64,000 nucleotides of DNA, taken from a virus. Shown piece by piece: positions 1 through 7,824 of the stretch. Within the stretch, counting starts at the first letter, position 1. Each line of letters opens with the position of its first letter. Where the stretch lies: the IMG/VR virus record IMGVR_UViG_3300048694_000674, positions 32,001 through 96,000 of that record; one strand, written 5' to 3'. The position numbers and the translations under genes are program-made. Under the pieces are notes generated by a model. That model did not search any database. It saw nothing but the letters and a program-made list of their open reading frames with translations, and was not told the origin of the DNA.

Positions 1-345
1 GGCAAAAAGCAACTTCACAACGAAGCATATCGCGACTTTGATGACGATAGCGACGCAAAAACTTCTTCTTGCAGTGCATATGTCAGAGGACAAGGTTGGG
101 TAAATTATAAAGGAGCAATTGGTAAAGCTGAGCATAAAATTGGTTATGTTCGCGCTGCAATATACAACGAGTATACCAATAAAATTGACTTTTTTCTTAT
201 CCCGCCATCAAATAAAAATCGTTGTAATTATAATTATGCTGGTAGTATTATGTATTCATACAATATTTGCTCTCGTAAATATTCAAATGGTTTAGAAAGC
301 TATCGAAAAGAAAATTTAAAAGAAGTTTGTGTTGATATCGCATAA
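1..345 (+). CDS. Partial hypothetical protein (5' end outside window), possibly PD-(D/E)XK nuclease-like
   Basis: Frame 1 is open from base 1 to TAA at 343-345 (GKKQLHNEAYRDFDDDSDAKTSS...VCVDIA*). The D..D.SDAK segment only loosely resembles a PD-(D/E)XK motif. Confidence 0.6.
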   Translation, partial: GKKQLHNEAYRDFDDDSDAKTSSCSAYVRGQGWVNYKGAIGKAEHKIGYVRAAIYNEYTNKIDFFLIPPSNKNRCNYNYAGSIMYSYNICSRKYSNGLESYRKENLKEVCVDIA

Positions 346-350
346 AATGC

Positions 351-379
351 TTGACATTATCCCAGTTCTAAGCTATAAT
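351..379 (+). promoter_or_regulatory. Sigma70-type early promoter
   Basis: Perfect TTGACA (351-356), 17 bp spacer, TATAAT (374-379); upstream of GGAG RBS and ATG 405. Confidence 0.9.
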
Positions 380-404
380 TCTATAATAAAAATGGAGAAT
401 AGAT

Positions 405-1532
405 ATGGCTCGTCGCGCACCATTGATCGCTAAGAAAGCAAAGAAAACTCGCAGCACACGCAGCGAAAGCTATCTTGTCAATCTAAAGTATCTTGGCGAC
501 GAGCCAATATTCAATGCACCACTTACACAGGGCGAATATAGCTCAGCATTGAATTGGTATAATTACATGTGCGAAACAAAAGACGCACGTGAGTATATCG
601 AAACTTATCTTAAGCAGAATGGTCGAGTGGCTGAGATCAAGAAGCTCAAGCGTGTATCTGATACATGGATACCAACAACAGTTGCTTGGGTTTGTCGAAT
701 GTTGTCTCGAGGATACAATCTTCCTGGCAATCCAAGACAATATATCGATCAACGATTGATTGAAGTTGTTGCTAAAGCAACAAAAGAAGAACAGCCAAAG
801 GAAGAAACAGCGCAGGTTGTATCGATCCAAGATCGTATCCGCGAACGTCAGCACGATATTCTCGGCGAGATCGAAGGAATGATCGATGAATCAAATTATG
901 AATTCAATCTTTACGATTGGTTAAAGGCGAACCAAATACCTGCTACATATTGTTCTTCGATTGTAGCGAAGTATTCACCATGCCTTTCTGAGCTCTTAGA
1001 AGCTTATGAAGGAAATGATGAACAGCTAAAAGAAGGCTATAGTCATCTCAAGAAGGCACAACTAAAAGAACTGATTGTGTTCTTCTCCAAGTTGATCGAA
1101 GACGCAGAAAAGTATGGTGATGTAGCTAAGAAGACTCGTGCACCACGTAAACCTCGTGCAGTTTCTGTTGAAAAGAAATTGAAGAATCTGAAGTATCAGA
1201 AAGAAAGTAAAGAGTATAAGATTGCATCGATCAATCCTGAAAAGATAATTGGTGCACAAGAATTATGGACGTTCAACACTAAATATAAGTTGGTAACTGT
1301 GTTTCGCGCCATCGATCGTGGTGGATTGCAAGTCAAAGGAACATCGATCATAGGTTACGACGACAAATCATCTTTCAGTAAAGGTTGTGGGCGTAAGCCT
1401 GAAATAGTACTTGACAAATTACAAAATGGCGGTAAAATAGTATTGAGGAAATTGATGGATGATCTGAAGACAGATAAACCACTTCAGATTCGAATCAATG
1501 AGAATACTATCTTGATGAAAGCGATTACTTGA
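405..1532 (+). CDS. Conserved T4-like phage hypothetical protein (375 aa)
   Basis: Long ORF with GGAG RBS behind a consensus promoter; basic N-terminus; no function recognised. Confidence 0.85.
   Translation: MARRAPLIAKKAKKTRSTRSESYLVNLKYLGDEPIFNAPLTQGEYSSALNWYNYMCETKDAREYIETYLKQNGRVAEIKKLKRVSDTWIPTTVAWVCRMLSRGYNLPGNPRQYIDQRLIEVVAKATKEEQPKEETAQVVSIQDRIRERQHDILGEIEGMIDESNYEFNLYDWLKANQIPATYCSSIVAKYSPCLSELLEAYEGNDEQLKEGYSHLKKAQLKELIVFFSKLIEDAEKYGDVAKKTRAPRKPRAVSVEKKLKNLKYQKESKEYKIASINPEKIIGAQELWTFNTKYKLVTVFRAIDRGGLQVKGTSIIGYDDKSSFSKGCGRKPEIVLDKLQNGGKIVLRKLMDDLKTDKPLQIRINENTILMKAIT
1411..1438 (+). promoter_or_regulatory. Possible internal sigma70-type promoter
   Basis: TTGACA (1411-1416), 16 bp spacer, TAAAAT (1433-1438), ~90 bp upstream of the next ORF. 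Confidence 0.45.
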
Positions 1533-2050
1533 TGCAGGTTAATACAGATTCATCTTTCTTAACTAAAGACATGATCAAGAAGATCGAGAAAGCGCGCAAC
1601 TGTAAGTATGTGTTCGAATCTTGCTTGAAGACTGTCGATGGTGGATGGTTCAATGGTCCAGCTGCTATCTTTTATAACGAAGAGAAGCATCCAACTGGTT
1701 CTAACTATATGGCTGTCTATGTTGATGGTAGGACTCTATATCTCGCCGATGGCATTTCAGCTGTCGATAATGTGATCTATGAAGGTATTGAAGCTGAAGG
1801 CGAGGTAGTCTATTCTCGTTACCGCCATGACTTCCGCGAGCATAAGAATGGTGCATACATCGACGGCGGTCGCGATTATACTAAAGTTGGTGGCGATAAG
1901 TTCAATGACTATAATCTGGTTCAGTTCAAAGTCGTTGGTGGTAAAATTGTTTTCATCGCAAAAGACGAAAAATGCGCTGGTGGTAACTGGCGTTCACAAT
2001 GTGATGATTGGAAATGTGTTGGAGGGTGTCGAAACGAAAAGGAGAAATAG
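1529..2050 (+). CDS. Hypothetical protein with SRYRHDF...IDGGRDY motif
   Basis: ORF coupled to the upstream stop (TTGATG overlap; ATG at 1532 possible); motif typical of a small phage protein family of unknown function. Confidence 0.8.
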   Translation: MMQVNTDSSFLTKDMIKKIEKARNCKYVFESCLKTVDGGWFNGPAAIFYNEEKHPTGSNYMAVYVDGRTLYLADGISAVDNVIYEGIEAEGEVVYSRYRHDFREHKNGAYIDGGRDYTKVGGDKFNDYNLVQFKVVGGKIVFIAKDEKCAGGNWRSQCDDWKCVGGCRNEKEK

Positions 2051-2356
2051 ATGTTCAAACGAGTATTGCTTATAGCATCATTACTGCTGCTTCCGTCAAC
2101 AGTATATGCTCAGACTTCTTGTGGCAAGACGGAAGACATTGAGGATGTGCTAAAAGCAACTGGTTATGAACCTTTGTTGAGATCGCTAAACTCGCCGACG
2201 AACCAAGTACTGCTTTGGTTCAATAAAGACAAAAGAGTAATAGCTGTATTGGCAGCTCCTCTTACTGTCGGTAAACCAACTGAAATTTGTTTTGTCGATA
2301 GACTGGTCGAGGTACAATTAAACCTTGACTTATTACAGGAATTAATGTATCATTAG
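2051..2356 (+). CDS. Hypothetical exported protein
   Basis: GGAG RBS; classical signal peptide MFKRVLLIASLLLLPSTVYA-Q; two Cys. Confidence 0.8.
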   Translation: MFKRVLLIASLLLLPSTVYAQTSCGKTEDIEDVLKATGYEPLLRSLNSPTNQVLLWFNKDKRVIAVLAAPLTVGKPTEICFVDRLVEVQLNLDLLQELMYH

Positions 2357-2368
2357 AATATAGGATAT

Positions 2369-2475
2369 CGTCTTCACCACAAGCACCACAGACAGAGTGA
2401 CACGTAAGATGACTGTGCATCTGAGGGTCGGGATTCTTTGCCTTGGCAACACCGAGGGTGCTTTTGATGGAGACG
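2369..2475 (+). ncRNA. Putative structured RNA closed by an acceptor-stem-like ACCA/UGAU helix
   Basis: CGTCTTC-ACCA-C-AAGCACC (2369-2387) pairs with GGTGCTT-T-TGAT-GGAGACG (2457-2475); internal hairpins AGATG/CATCT, TCGG/CCGA, TTGC/GCAA; non-coding. Confidence 0.55.
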
Positions 2476-2485
2476 AATAAATAAA

Positions 2486-2820
2486 TTGCTGAGGTCGTTG
2501 AGGCGTTCAGAATAGACGTTTCGGACGGGAGGGCAGTACTCCCCCAGTCCACCATAGATACACTGGTCGTTGGGTGCAACAGTCCTCCTATTATAAAGAG
2601 GGTATGGCAGAAGAGACTAGTATATAACTGTTAGCACTGGGCAAAGCGGTGTCTCACAGTGTATCTTTGATGGGCTGGAAATCAGGTTCGACGGGATGTA
2701 GTAAAGGTGCGAAGAGACCAAAAGCAACGTTCAGATGCAAACGATAATGCACCTATCACTCTGGCACTAGCTGCCTGAGTATGAGCTTCGGGGCTGAGCT
2801 TGGAAACAGAATCAGCCCCA
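2486..2820 (+). ncRNA. ssrA: Circularly permuted (two-piece) tmRNA, alphaproteobacterial type; tag ANDNAPITLALAA
   Basis: Acceptor piece ~2486-2554 ends in T-arm GGGAG-GGCAGTA-CTCCC plus CCAGTCC-ACCA. Coding piece starts GGGCTGG at 2672, giving G3-U70. Tag reading frame 2737-2778. 3' hairpin GGGGCTGA...TGGAAACAGAA...TCAGCCCC (2790-2819). Confidence 0.95.
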
Positions 2821-2851
2821 CAAATTCCATTTACAACAAGGAGTATATAAT

Positions 2852-3067
2852 ATGAGCGCAGCATTTGATGAATTGTTAGTAAAGTATATCGACTTGAAGA
2901 ACAAGTATGATAATCTCTCTAAGAGTCTTGGTGGCAGCACTATCTCGCTATCAGGAGCTCCCCAAACTTTCTTAACAGAACCAGCACCAGCTCCATATGT
3001 TAAGTCAGGTTATACGGTCTCAGTTAATGCCATTTCTACTGACACTGTTAAGTTACTCGATAGTTAA
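2852..3067 (+). CDS. Hypothetical protein (71 aa)
   Basis: AAGGAG RBS, ATG start, short coiled-coil-like N-terminus. Confidence 0.75.
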   Translation: MSAAFDELLVKYIDLKNKYDNLSKSLGGSTISLSGAPQTFLTEPAPAPYVKSGYTVSVNAISTDTVKLLDS

Positions 3068-3075
3068 TCCATATT

Positions 3076-3152
3076 GGTCTCTTAGCTCAGTTGGATAGAG
3101 CAACAGCCTTCTAAGCTGTGGGTCATTGGTTCGAGTCCAATAGAGATCGCCA
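3076..3152 (+). tRNA. tRNA-Arg(UCU)
   Basis: Cloverleaf: acceptor GGTCTCT/AGAGATC, D-arm GCTC/GAGC, anticodon arm ACAGC-CTTCTAA-GCTGT, T-loop TTCGAGT, encoded CCA. Confidence 0.97.
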
Positions 3153-3167
3153 TTTCTCGGAGCGCCT

Positions 3168-3377
3168 ATGCAAACGACGAAAATAATCCGCGATATACCT
3201 TTGGGTGTATTGATGTTAGTGGTGTCCCAGTTCTTCATTTATGGAGCATTGTACCTATCGAAGTTCCCAAATGTATTCGAATTTCTTGGTATTATGTTTT
3301 GTGTATGGGCGACTGGATTTTTGACTGACTTAGGCATCCGAGTTATTAAAGGAATTGAAGTTGCTGAATCTGAGTAA
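3168..3377 (+). CDS. Small membrane protein, two TM helices
   Basis: GGAG RBS; two hydrophobic stretches. Confidence 0.7.
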   Translation: MQTTKIIRDIPLGVLMLVVSQFFIYGALYLSKFPNVFEFLGIMFCVWATGFLTDLGIRVIKGIEVAESE

Positions 3378-3585
3378 TACATTTTTTGTACAAGAAATAG
3401 AAACATTATGCCAAACAAAGAGTATCGAATATATTGATGCGGTTGTTTATTGGTGCGAAAAGAATAATGTGGAGGTAGAATATGCTGCCGCATTGATCAA
3501 AAAAGACCCAGTATTTAAATCGAAGATAGAGGTGGAAGCTGAAAATCTCAATATCCTGAAAAAGGGAGCTCGATTGCCCGTATAA
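3355..3585 (+). CDS. gp33: Late promoter transcription coactivator
   Basis: F..EIE.L......YIDAVV.WCE.N..E.E....LI....K.KIE.EA..LN.L...ARLP pattern; position before gp59/gp32; TTG start uncertain. Confidence 0.88.
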   Translation: MKLLNLSNTFFVQEIETLCQTKSIEYIDAVVYWCEKNNVEVEYAAALIKKDPVFKSKIEVEAENLNILKKGARLPV

Positions 3586-3588
3586 ATA
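3581..3588 (+). promoter_or_regulatory. T4-type late promoter TATAAATA
   Basis: Exact gp55 consensus ~30 bp upstream of the next ORF. Confidence 0.75.
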
Positions 3589-3615
3589 ATATTGGATACA
3601 ACATGGGAGATCCAA

Positions 3616-4068
3616 ATGCTATTACGAACAGCAGGTAAACCCAAAAGAGTTCCAATAAGTTTATGTAAGCAAGCCGTAAAGTGGTATGGTAAGTATCTGC
3701 TAGGCAGACTCTACCATAATATAGAGTTGAAGCTAGAGTTTGATAAGAAATCTCTAGGTCCGTATGTATATGGATGCTGTGATTGGAATGACGATAATCA
3801 CAAGGCTAGAAGCTTCACAATAACCGTTGATCCGAATCTCGGTAAAAGAAACATGCTACTCGTTATTGCCCACGAGATGGTTCATGTTAAACAATATGCC
3901 AAAGGCGAAATGAAAGACTATATCAAAATGGATAGAGTCAAATGGAAGGGTAAAGTTTATAATGAATCAATTATAGATTACTGGGAACATCCATGGGAGA
4001 TAGAGGCTCATGGTCGAGAAAAAGGTTTATACTATAAATTTCTTGAGAACGTTAAACAGAACCATTAA
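3616..4068 (+). CDS. Zincin-type metallopeptidase-like protein (SprT-like)
   Basis: AHEMVHVKQ (HEXXH) and YW..PWEIEA motifs; ATG 3616 with GGAGA RBS preferred over 3592. Confidence 0.8.
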   Translation: MLLRTAGKPKRVPISLCKQAVKWYGKYLLGRLYHNIELKLEFDKKSLGPYVYGCCDWNDDNHKARSFTITVDPNLGKRNMLLVIAHEMVHVKQYAKGEMKDYIKMDRVKWKGKVYNESIIDYWEHPWEIEAHGREKGLYYKFLENVKQNH

Positions 4069-4074
4069 TTTATT

Positions 4075-4671
4075 ATGAGTGATGATACAATGTCTGCATT
4101 TGAATGTTATAAAGAGTATATAGCTCTAAAGAACCATTTCACAAAACCATCATATAGCTACCACAAGTATAACGGTAAAACAAAACTATCTTTTCAATCT
4201 TTCGAATCAAGAAAAGATAAGATATACTTTATGAAGGTAGCCAAGCATCCTGATCCAGTCAACTACATCTTATCTAACCTGTTGGAGAATGATAAGCTAT
4301 GGATTAAGGATATCGCTTATAGTGATAGCGCCAAGCTTGTTTATCAGGATTGGCAAAAGCGTCAGCAATCGCTGATGTATATGTTTTCACAAGAATTATC
4401 TAAACTTGCCAATGACTTTGATTCGAATTTCATTAGCGAGGATAACAGCCATCCATATGTAATCAAGTTATTCCTCAGAAAAGAGATTAGCTTGGAGACA
4501 TTGGTAATGCTTGTTGATCTAGTCAAGTGCGTAAAGACTTGGAAAAACAAGTATGAATACGACCCGATTGTTGATGAGCTCTTAACTAAAATTGTGAAGT
4601 ATCGTCCTTTCCTCCAATATGATCATGATAAAGTTAAGAAAACAGTCATTGACAATTTCAGCAATCGGTAG
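4075..4671 (+). CDS. gp59: Helicase loader
   Basis: F..YK.Y.ALK.HF....Y.Y.KYNGK...SFE.RKD and ISLETLV motifs; upstream of gp32. Confidence 0.92.
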   Translation: MSDDTMSAFECYKEYIALKNHFTKPSYSYHKYNGKTKLSFQSFESRKDKIYFMKVAKHPDPVNYILSNLLENDKLWIKDIAYSDSAKLVYQDWQKRQQSLMYMFSQELSKLANDFDSNFISEDNSHPYVIKLFLRKEISLETLVMLVDLVKCVKTWKNKYEYDPIVDELLTKIVKYRPFLQYDHDKVKKTVIDNFSNR

Positions 4672-4674
4672 TAT

Positions 4675-4744
4675 AATAAATAATGTTGCGAGCTTATGCT
4701 CAACATAACTAATATGATTAATACAAACAATACGGAGAATACAA
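4675..4744 (+). promoter_or_regulatory. gene 32 leader: late promoter, hairpin and A-rich putative autoregulatory operator
   Basis: AATAAATA at 4675; hairpin ATGTTG-CGAGC-ttat-GCTC-AACAT; AATAC x3 around the GGAG RBS, analogous to the T4 gene 32 translational operator. Confidence 0.5.
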
Positions 4745-5653
4745 ATGGTAGATTTCGCAAAACTTAAAGCTATGTCTGGTAAGAAGTCACTCGAATCTCT
4801 TACTGCCGAACTTAATAAGATCAATGGTAATCAGAACGATAAGTCAAAGGATGATCGCTTCTGGTATCCTAATGTGGATAAAGCTGGCAATGGTTACGCT
4901 GTTATTCGCTTCCTCCCCGCACCAAATGAAGAAGATGTTCCGTTCATTCGCATGTTCGAACATGGTTTCAAAGGTCCATCGGGTTCATGGTATATTGAAA
5001 ACTCTCTCACAACTATCGGTAAGCAGGATCCTGTTGGCGAGTTAAACACTCAGCTCTGGAATTCTGGTCTTGAATCCGATAAGGAAGTTGCTCGTAAGCA
5101 AAAGCGTAAGCTTCACTTCGTCAGCAATATCTATGTTGTGACTGATCAACAAAATCCTGAGAATGAAGGTAAAGTCTTTCTGTTCAAGTATGGCAAGAAG
5201 GTATTCGATAAGTTGAATGAGGCTATGAATCCTCAGTTTGCTGATGAAGATCCTATGAATCCATTCGATCTTTGGTCTGGTGCTAACTTCAAGTTGAAGA
5301 TTCGCAACGTCGAAGGCTATCGTAACTATGATAAGTCTGAGTTCGCTGCAGCTGGTCCATTGTTCAATGATGATGAGGAAATGGAAGCAGTTTGGAAGAA
5401 GTGCCATTCACTTCAAGCATTCCTAGCTCCTTCTAACTTCAAGTCCTATGATGAATTGAAGGCTCGCTTGAATAAGGTTCTTGGTCTTGATGGTTCAACT
5501 CGCGCTGTTGCTAAGGTTGTTGATGAAGAACTTCCTTGGCAAAACGAAGAAGCTCCTGCTCCTGCATTGAAGGCAAAGGCAGCTCCGAAGTTTGACGAGG
5601 ATGAAGAAGAGGATGAAGATATGCTCCTCTTTGCCAAGATTGCTAATGGCTAA
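4745..5653 (+). CDS. gp32: Single-stranded DNA-binding protein
   Basis: DDRFW.P..DKAGNGYAVIRFLP, WYIENSLTT, YGKK.FDK, NPFDLW.GANFKLKIR motifs; acidic tail. Confidence 0.98.
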   Translation: MVDFAKLKAMSGKKSLESLTAELNKINGNQNDKSKDDRFWYPNVDKAGNGYAVIRFLPAPNEEDVPFIRMFEHGFKGPSGSWYIENSLTTIGKQDPVGELNTQLWNSGLESDKEVARKQKRKLHFVSNIYVVTDQQNPENEGKVFLFKYGKKVFDKLNEAMNPQFADEDPMNPFDLWSGANFKLKIRNVEGYRNYDKSEFAAAGPLFNDDEEMEAVWKKCHSLQAFLAPSNFKSYDELKARLNKVLGLDGSTRAVAKVVDEELPWQNEEAPAPALKAKAAPKFDEDEEEDEDMLLFAKIANG

Positions 5654-5660
5654 AATGAAT

Positions 5661-5688
5661 TGGGGAGCTTTTCAGCTCCCCTTTTTTT
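5661..5688 (+). terminator. Rho-independent terminator
   Basis: GGGGAGCT-tttc-AGCTCCCC followed by T7, between convergent genes. Confidence 0.88.
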
Positions 5689-5689
5689 A

Positions 5690-6154
5690 TTACTTTGTAA
5701 TCTTTTCCTGAGTTCTACCATATGCGGTAACACCAAGGATAGCACCGAAGGCAAGATGAATCAATCCACCATTATCGAGTGTGATTGACTTCCATGCAAC
5801 ATATGGTAATCCTTTAATGAATACTGGCATGAACATCGAGATAATTGGGAATCCAACAAAGTCACAAAAGCAGATAAGCATATAGAGCCAACCCATTGCT
5901 GGTCTCCAATATGCTTTCATCCAATGTTCGTCTTGTTTAGCGTTCTCTTTTTCCCATTGTTGTTTCTCTAACTCAATCTTAGCAAGCTGTGCTGCTTCTG
6001 ATAGTTGTTGAGTGGGAGCAGAAGAAGAGGATGATGATGTGAATGTAGTAGTAATAGAAGCTGCAGCACCTTTTGTAGCAGGTGGAATTTGATCCATCGC
6101 AGGTTTAGCAACAACTGGCTCTACACTATCATCGACAGTTCCAAATTTAGCCAT
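5690..6154 (-). CDS. 3TM (GTA-type) holin-like protein
   Basis: W...WRPAMGWLY, three hydrophobic segments, LG...YGRT.EK C-terminus. Confidence 0.78.
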   Translation of the reverse strand: MAKFGTVDDSVEPVVAKPAMDQIPPATKGAAASITTTFTSSSSSSAPTQQLSEAAQLAKIELEKQQWEKENAKQDEHWMKAYWRPAMGWLYMLICFCDFVGFPIISMFMPVFIKGLPYVAWKSITLDNGGLIHLAFGAILGVTAYGRTQEKITK

Positions 6155-6177
6155 GTTATTTTCCTTTTTATTATTAT

Positions 6178-7824
6178 CTAACTATGGTATAAATATAGCA
6201 ATTCAGATGATGTAGGTGGTTTATGTCCAACGACATTATTTATTTCTTGTTCGCTCTGGCTATTTTCCTCGCTATAATATGACATCTCATTATACTGGCT
6301 TTGTTGAGAGTAGTCACCAGATTGTTGTGGGCTATCATATCCACCCATCATCATTTGTGGCTGTTCTTCGACAGCTCCAAGTTGAGCAGCTGATTGTATA
6401 ATTTGAGGTAGCATCATTGCCATTGTTTGGACAGGATCTGATTGCATACCACTGTTCATTCTATCTCCTGGAACACTTGAGTGTGTTGGTTGCGAACCAG
6501 AGTACATATTTGCTACGCTTGAATATTTTGGATCTGAACCGCCAAACATACTGCGAGTAATACCAGCTGGAATAACACTATCGCCCTGTTGAAGATTGCG
6601 AATAACTGGTCCTCTACCAGATGATTTCATTTGACCTGACTTGCTGATGATTGCTTCTGGTCCAAGTTCGCCAGTAATTGCTGGACCAGTTTTTGGAACA
6701 TACATTGATCCTAACATATACGCAGGAAGTTGTTTGACATCGACGCTACCACCTTCACTTTTTGCTATAGAAAAGTGCATTGGGTCTTTTACTGATCTCC
6801 AATTCATTCCCCAACCAAGACCCCACTTTGCTGCTATTTCAGCTGTTTGTGGTGGTAGATCTGTTTGTGTTGTCCCATATGGATTCGTCGAAGGATTGAT
6901 GTCAATCGCAGCACCAAGACCATGAAAACTTAATTTAGAGGGATCAGATTTATTTGGTCTATTTGCATAACCTCCTATCGATTTAATTTTATAACCAGTT
7001 GCTTCTAGATCAGAAACAAATCCTTGAAATTTGTCGATATAATTAGCGCCAACTCTTGCAGGACCAGCAGAAGTTTTGATAATATCAAGAGGTACGTTTG
7101 TTCTTCCACCAGCTAATCTATTACCAACATCCTTAACAGCTTTTTCTCTATCTTCAGCATCTTTAGGAGCAGGAGCAGGTAATAATCCTGGAGAAGATTG
7201 TGAAACATTTACTCCACCAATCCCTTTTACTTCATTTGCTTTGATTAACATTTCATTTGCTGAGAATACAATATCATTAGCAGAGAACTCAATTATATTA
7301 CCATTTACATCTTTTACTGCATCTGATTTATTTTTATTAGCTGCATATCTTGGATCATTGATTGATGTTCCTACCATCCCACCAGTCATTCTATAAACAA
7401 AGTCATCTACCTTTGCAGCTCCTGGAATGTTTTCATTTATCCAATTTCCAATTATACTGTTTCCCGCCTTAGATTCATCAGCATCGAGGAAATGAGAAAC
7501 GCCTCCAGCAATCGCAGCTGGTATTGCAGCTATAGCTAGACCAGCCAATGCGCTTAGGATAGATGTACCACCAAACCCACCACTGCCACCTGTCTTAACA
7601 TTTTCCAACGATTTCAACATCTCAACAAGAAGATAGTTCTGTGTTTGTTGTGCGTCTATCAGTACTTTGGTAAGTTCAGTTGATTGTGATATTGCTTCAC
7701 CAACTGCAGCGATAGTTCCCTGTTCAGCAGTTGTTGGTTTTTCCTGCACCATGGTAGCATTAATACTACGGTATTTTTTCTTTTCACTGAATAATGCAGA
7801 AAATATAGTTGAGAGTAAAGCCAT
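6178..7824 (-). CDS. Tail/baseplate-hub protein with M15-family peptidoglycan peptidase domain
   Basis: GGY..R...SFHGLGAAIDINP...WGLGWG.NW...DPMHFS motif; tape-measure-type GELGPEAI motif; N-terminal hydrophobic segment. Confidence 0.8.
   Translation of the reverse strand: MALLSTIFSALFSEKKKYRSINATMVQEKPTTAEQGTIAAVGEAISQSTELTKVLIDAQQTQNYLLVEMLKSLENVKTGGSGGFGGTSILSALAGLAIAAIPAAIAGGVSHFLDADESKAGNSIIGNWINENIPGAAKVDDFVYRMTGGMVGTSINDPRYAANKNKSDAVKDVNGNIIEFSANDIVFSANEMLIKANEVKGIGGVNVSQSSPGLLPAPAPKDAEDREKAVKDVGNRLAGGRTNVPLDIIKTSAGPARVGANYIDKFQGFVSDLEATGYKIKSIGGYANRPNKSDPSKLSFHGLGAAIDINPSTNPYGTTQTDLPPQTAEIAAKWGLGWGMNWRSVKDPMHFSIAKSEGGSVDVKQLPAYMLGSMYVPKTGPAITGELGPEAIISKSGQMKSSGRGPVIRNLQQGDSVIPAGITRSMFGGSDPKYSSVANMYSGSQPTHSSVPGDRMNSGMQSDPVQTMAMMLPQIIQSAAQLGAVEEQPQMMMGGYDSPQQSGDYSQQSQYNEMSYYSEENSQSEQEINNVVGHKPPTSSELLYLYHS

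Noticed and set aside
2555-2671. HDV-like (theta) ribozyme after the tmRNA CCA (GTCCTCC and CTGGGCAA resemble HDV segments)
   Set aside because: I could not build the nested P1/P1.1/P2/P3 double pseudoknot by eye; hammerhead cores (CUGANGA/GAAA) are also absent.
2262-2864. Minus-strand ORFs 2262-2579 and 2682-2864, and 3053-3238 nearby
   Set aside because: They are antisense to the tmRNA and tRNA genes and show no coding signal.
6188-6195. TATAAATA on + strand, antisense to the minus-strand tail genes
   Set aside because: It lies in coding sequence with no downstream + gene and is plausible by chance in AT-rich DNA.
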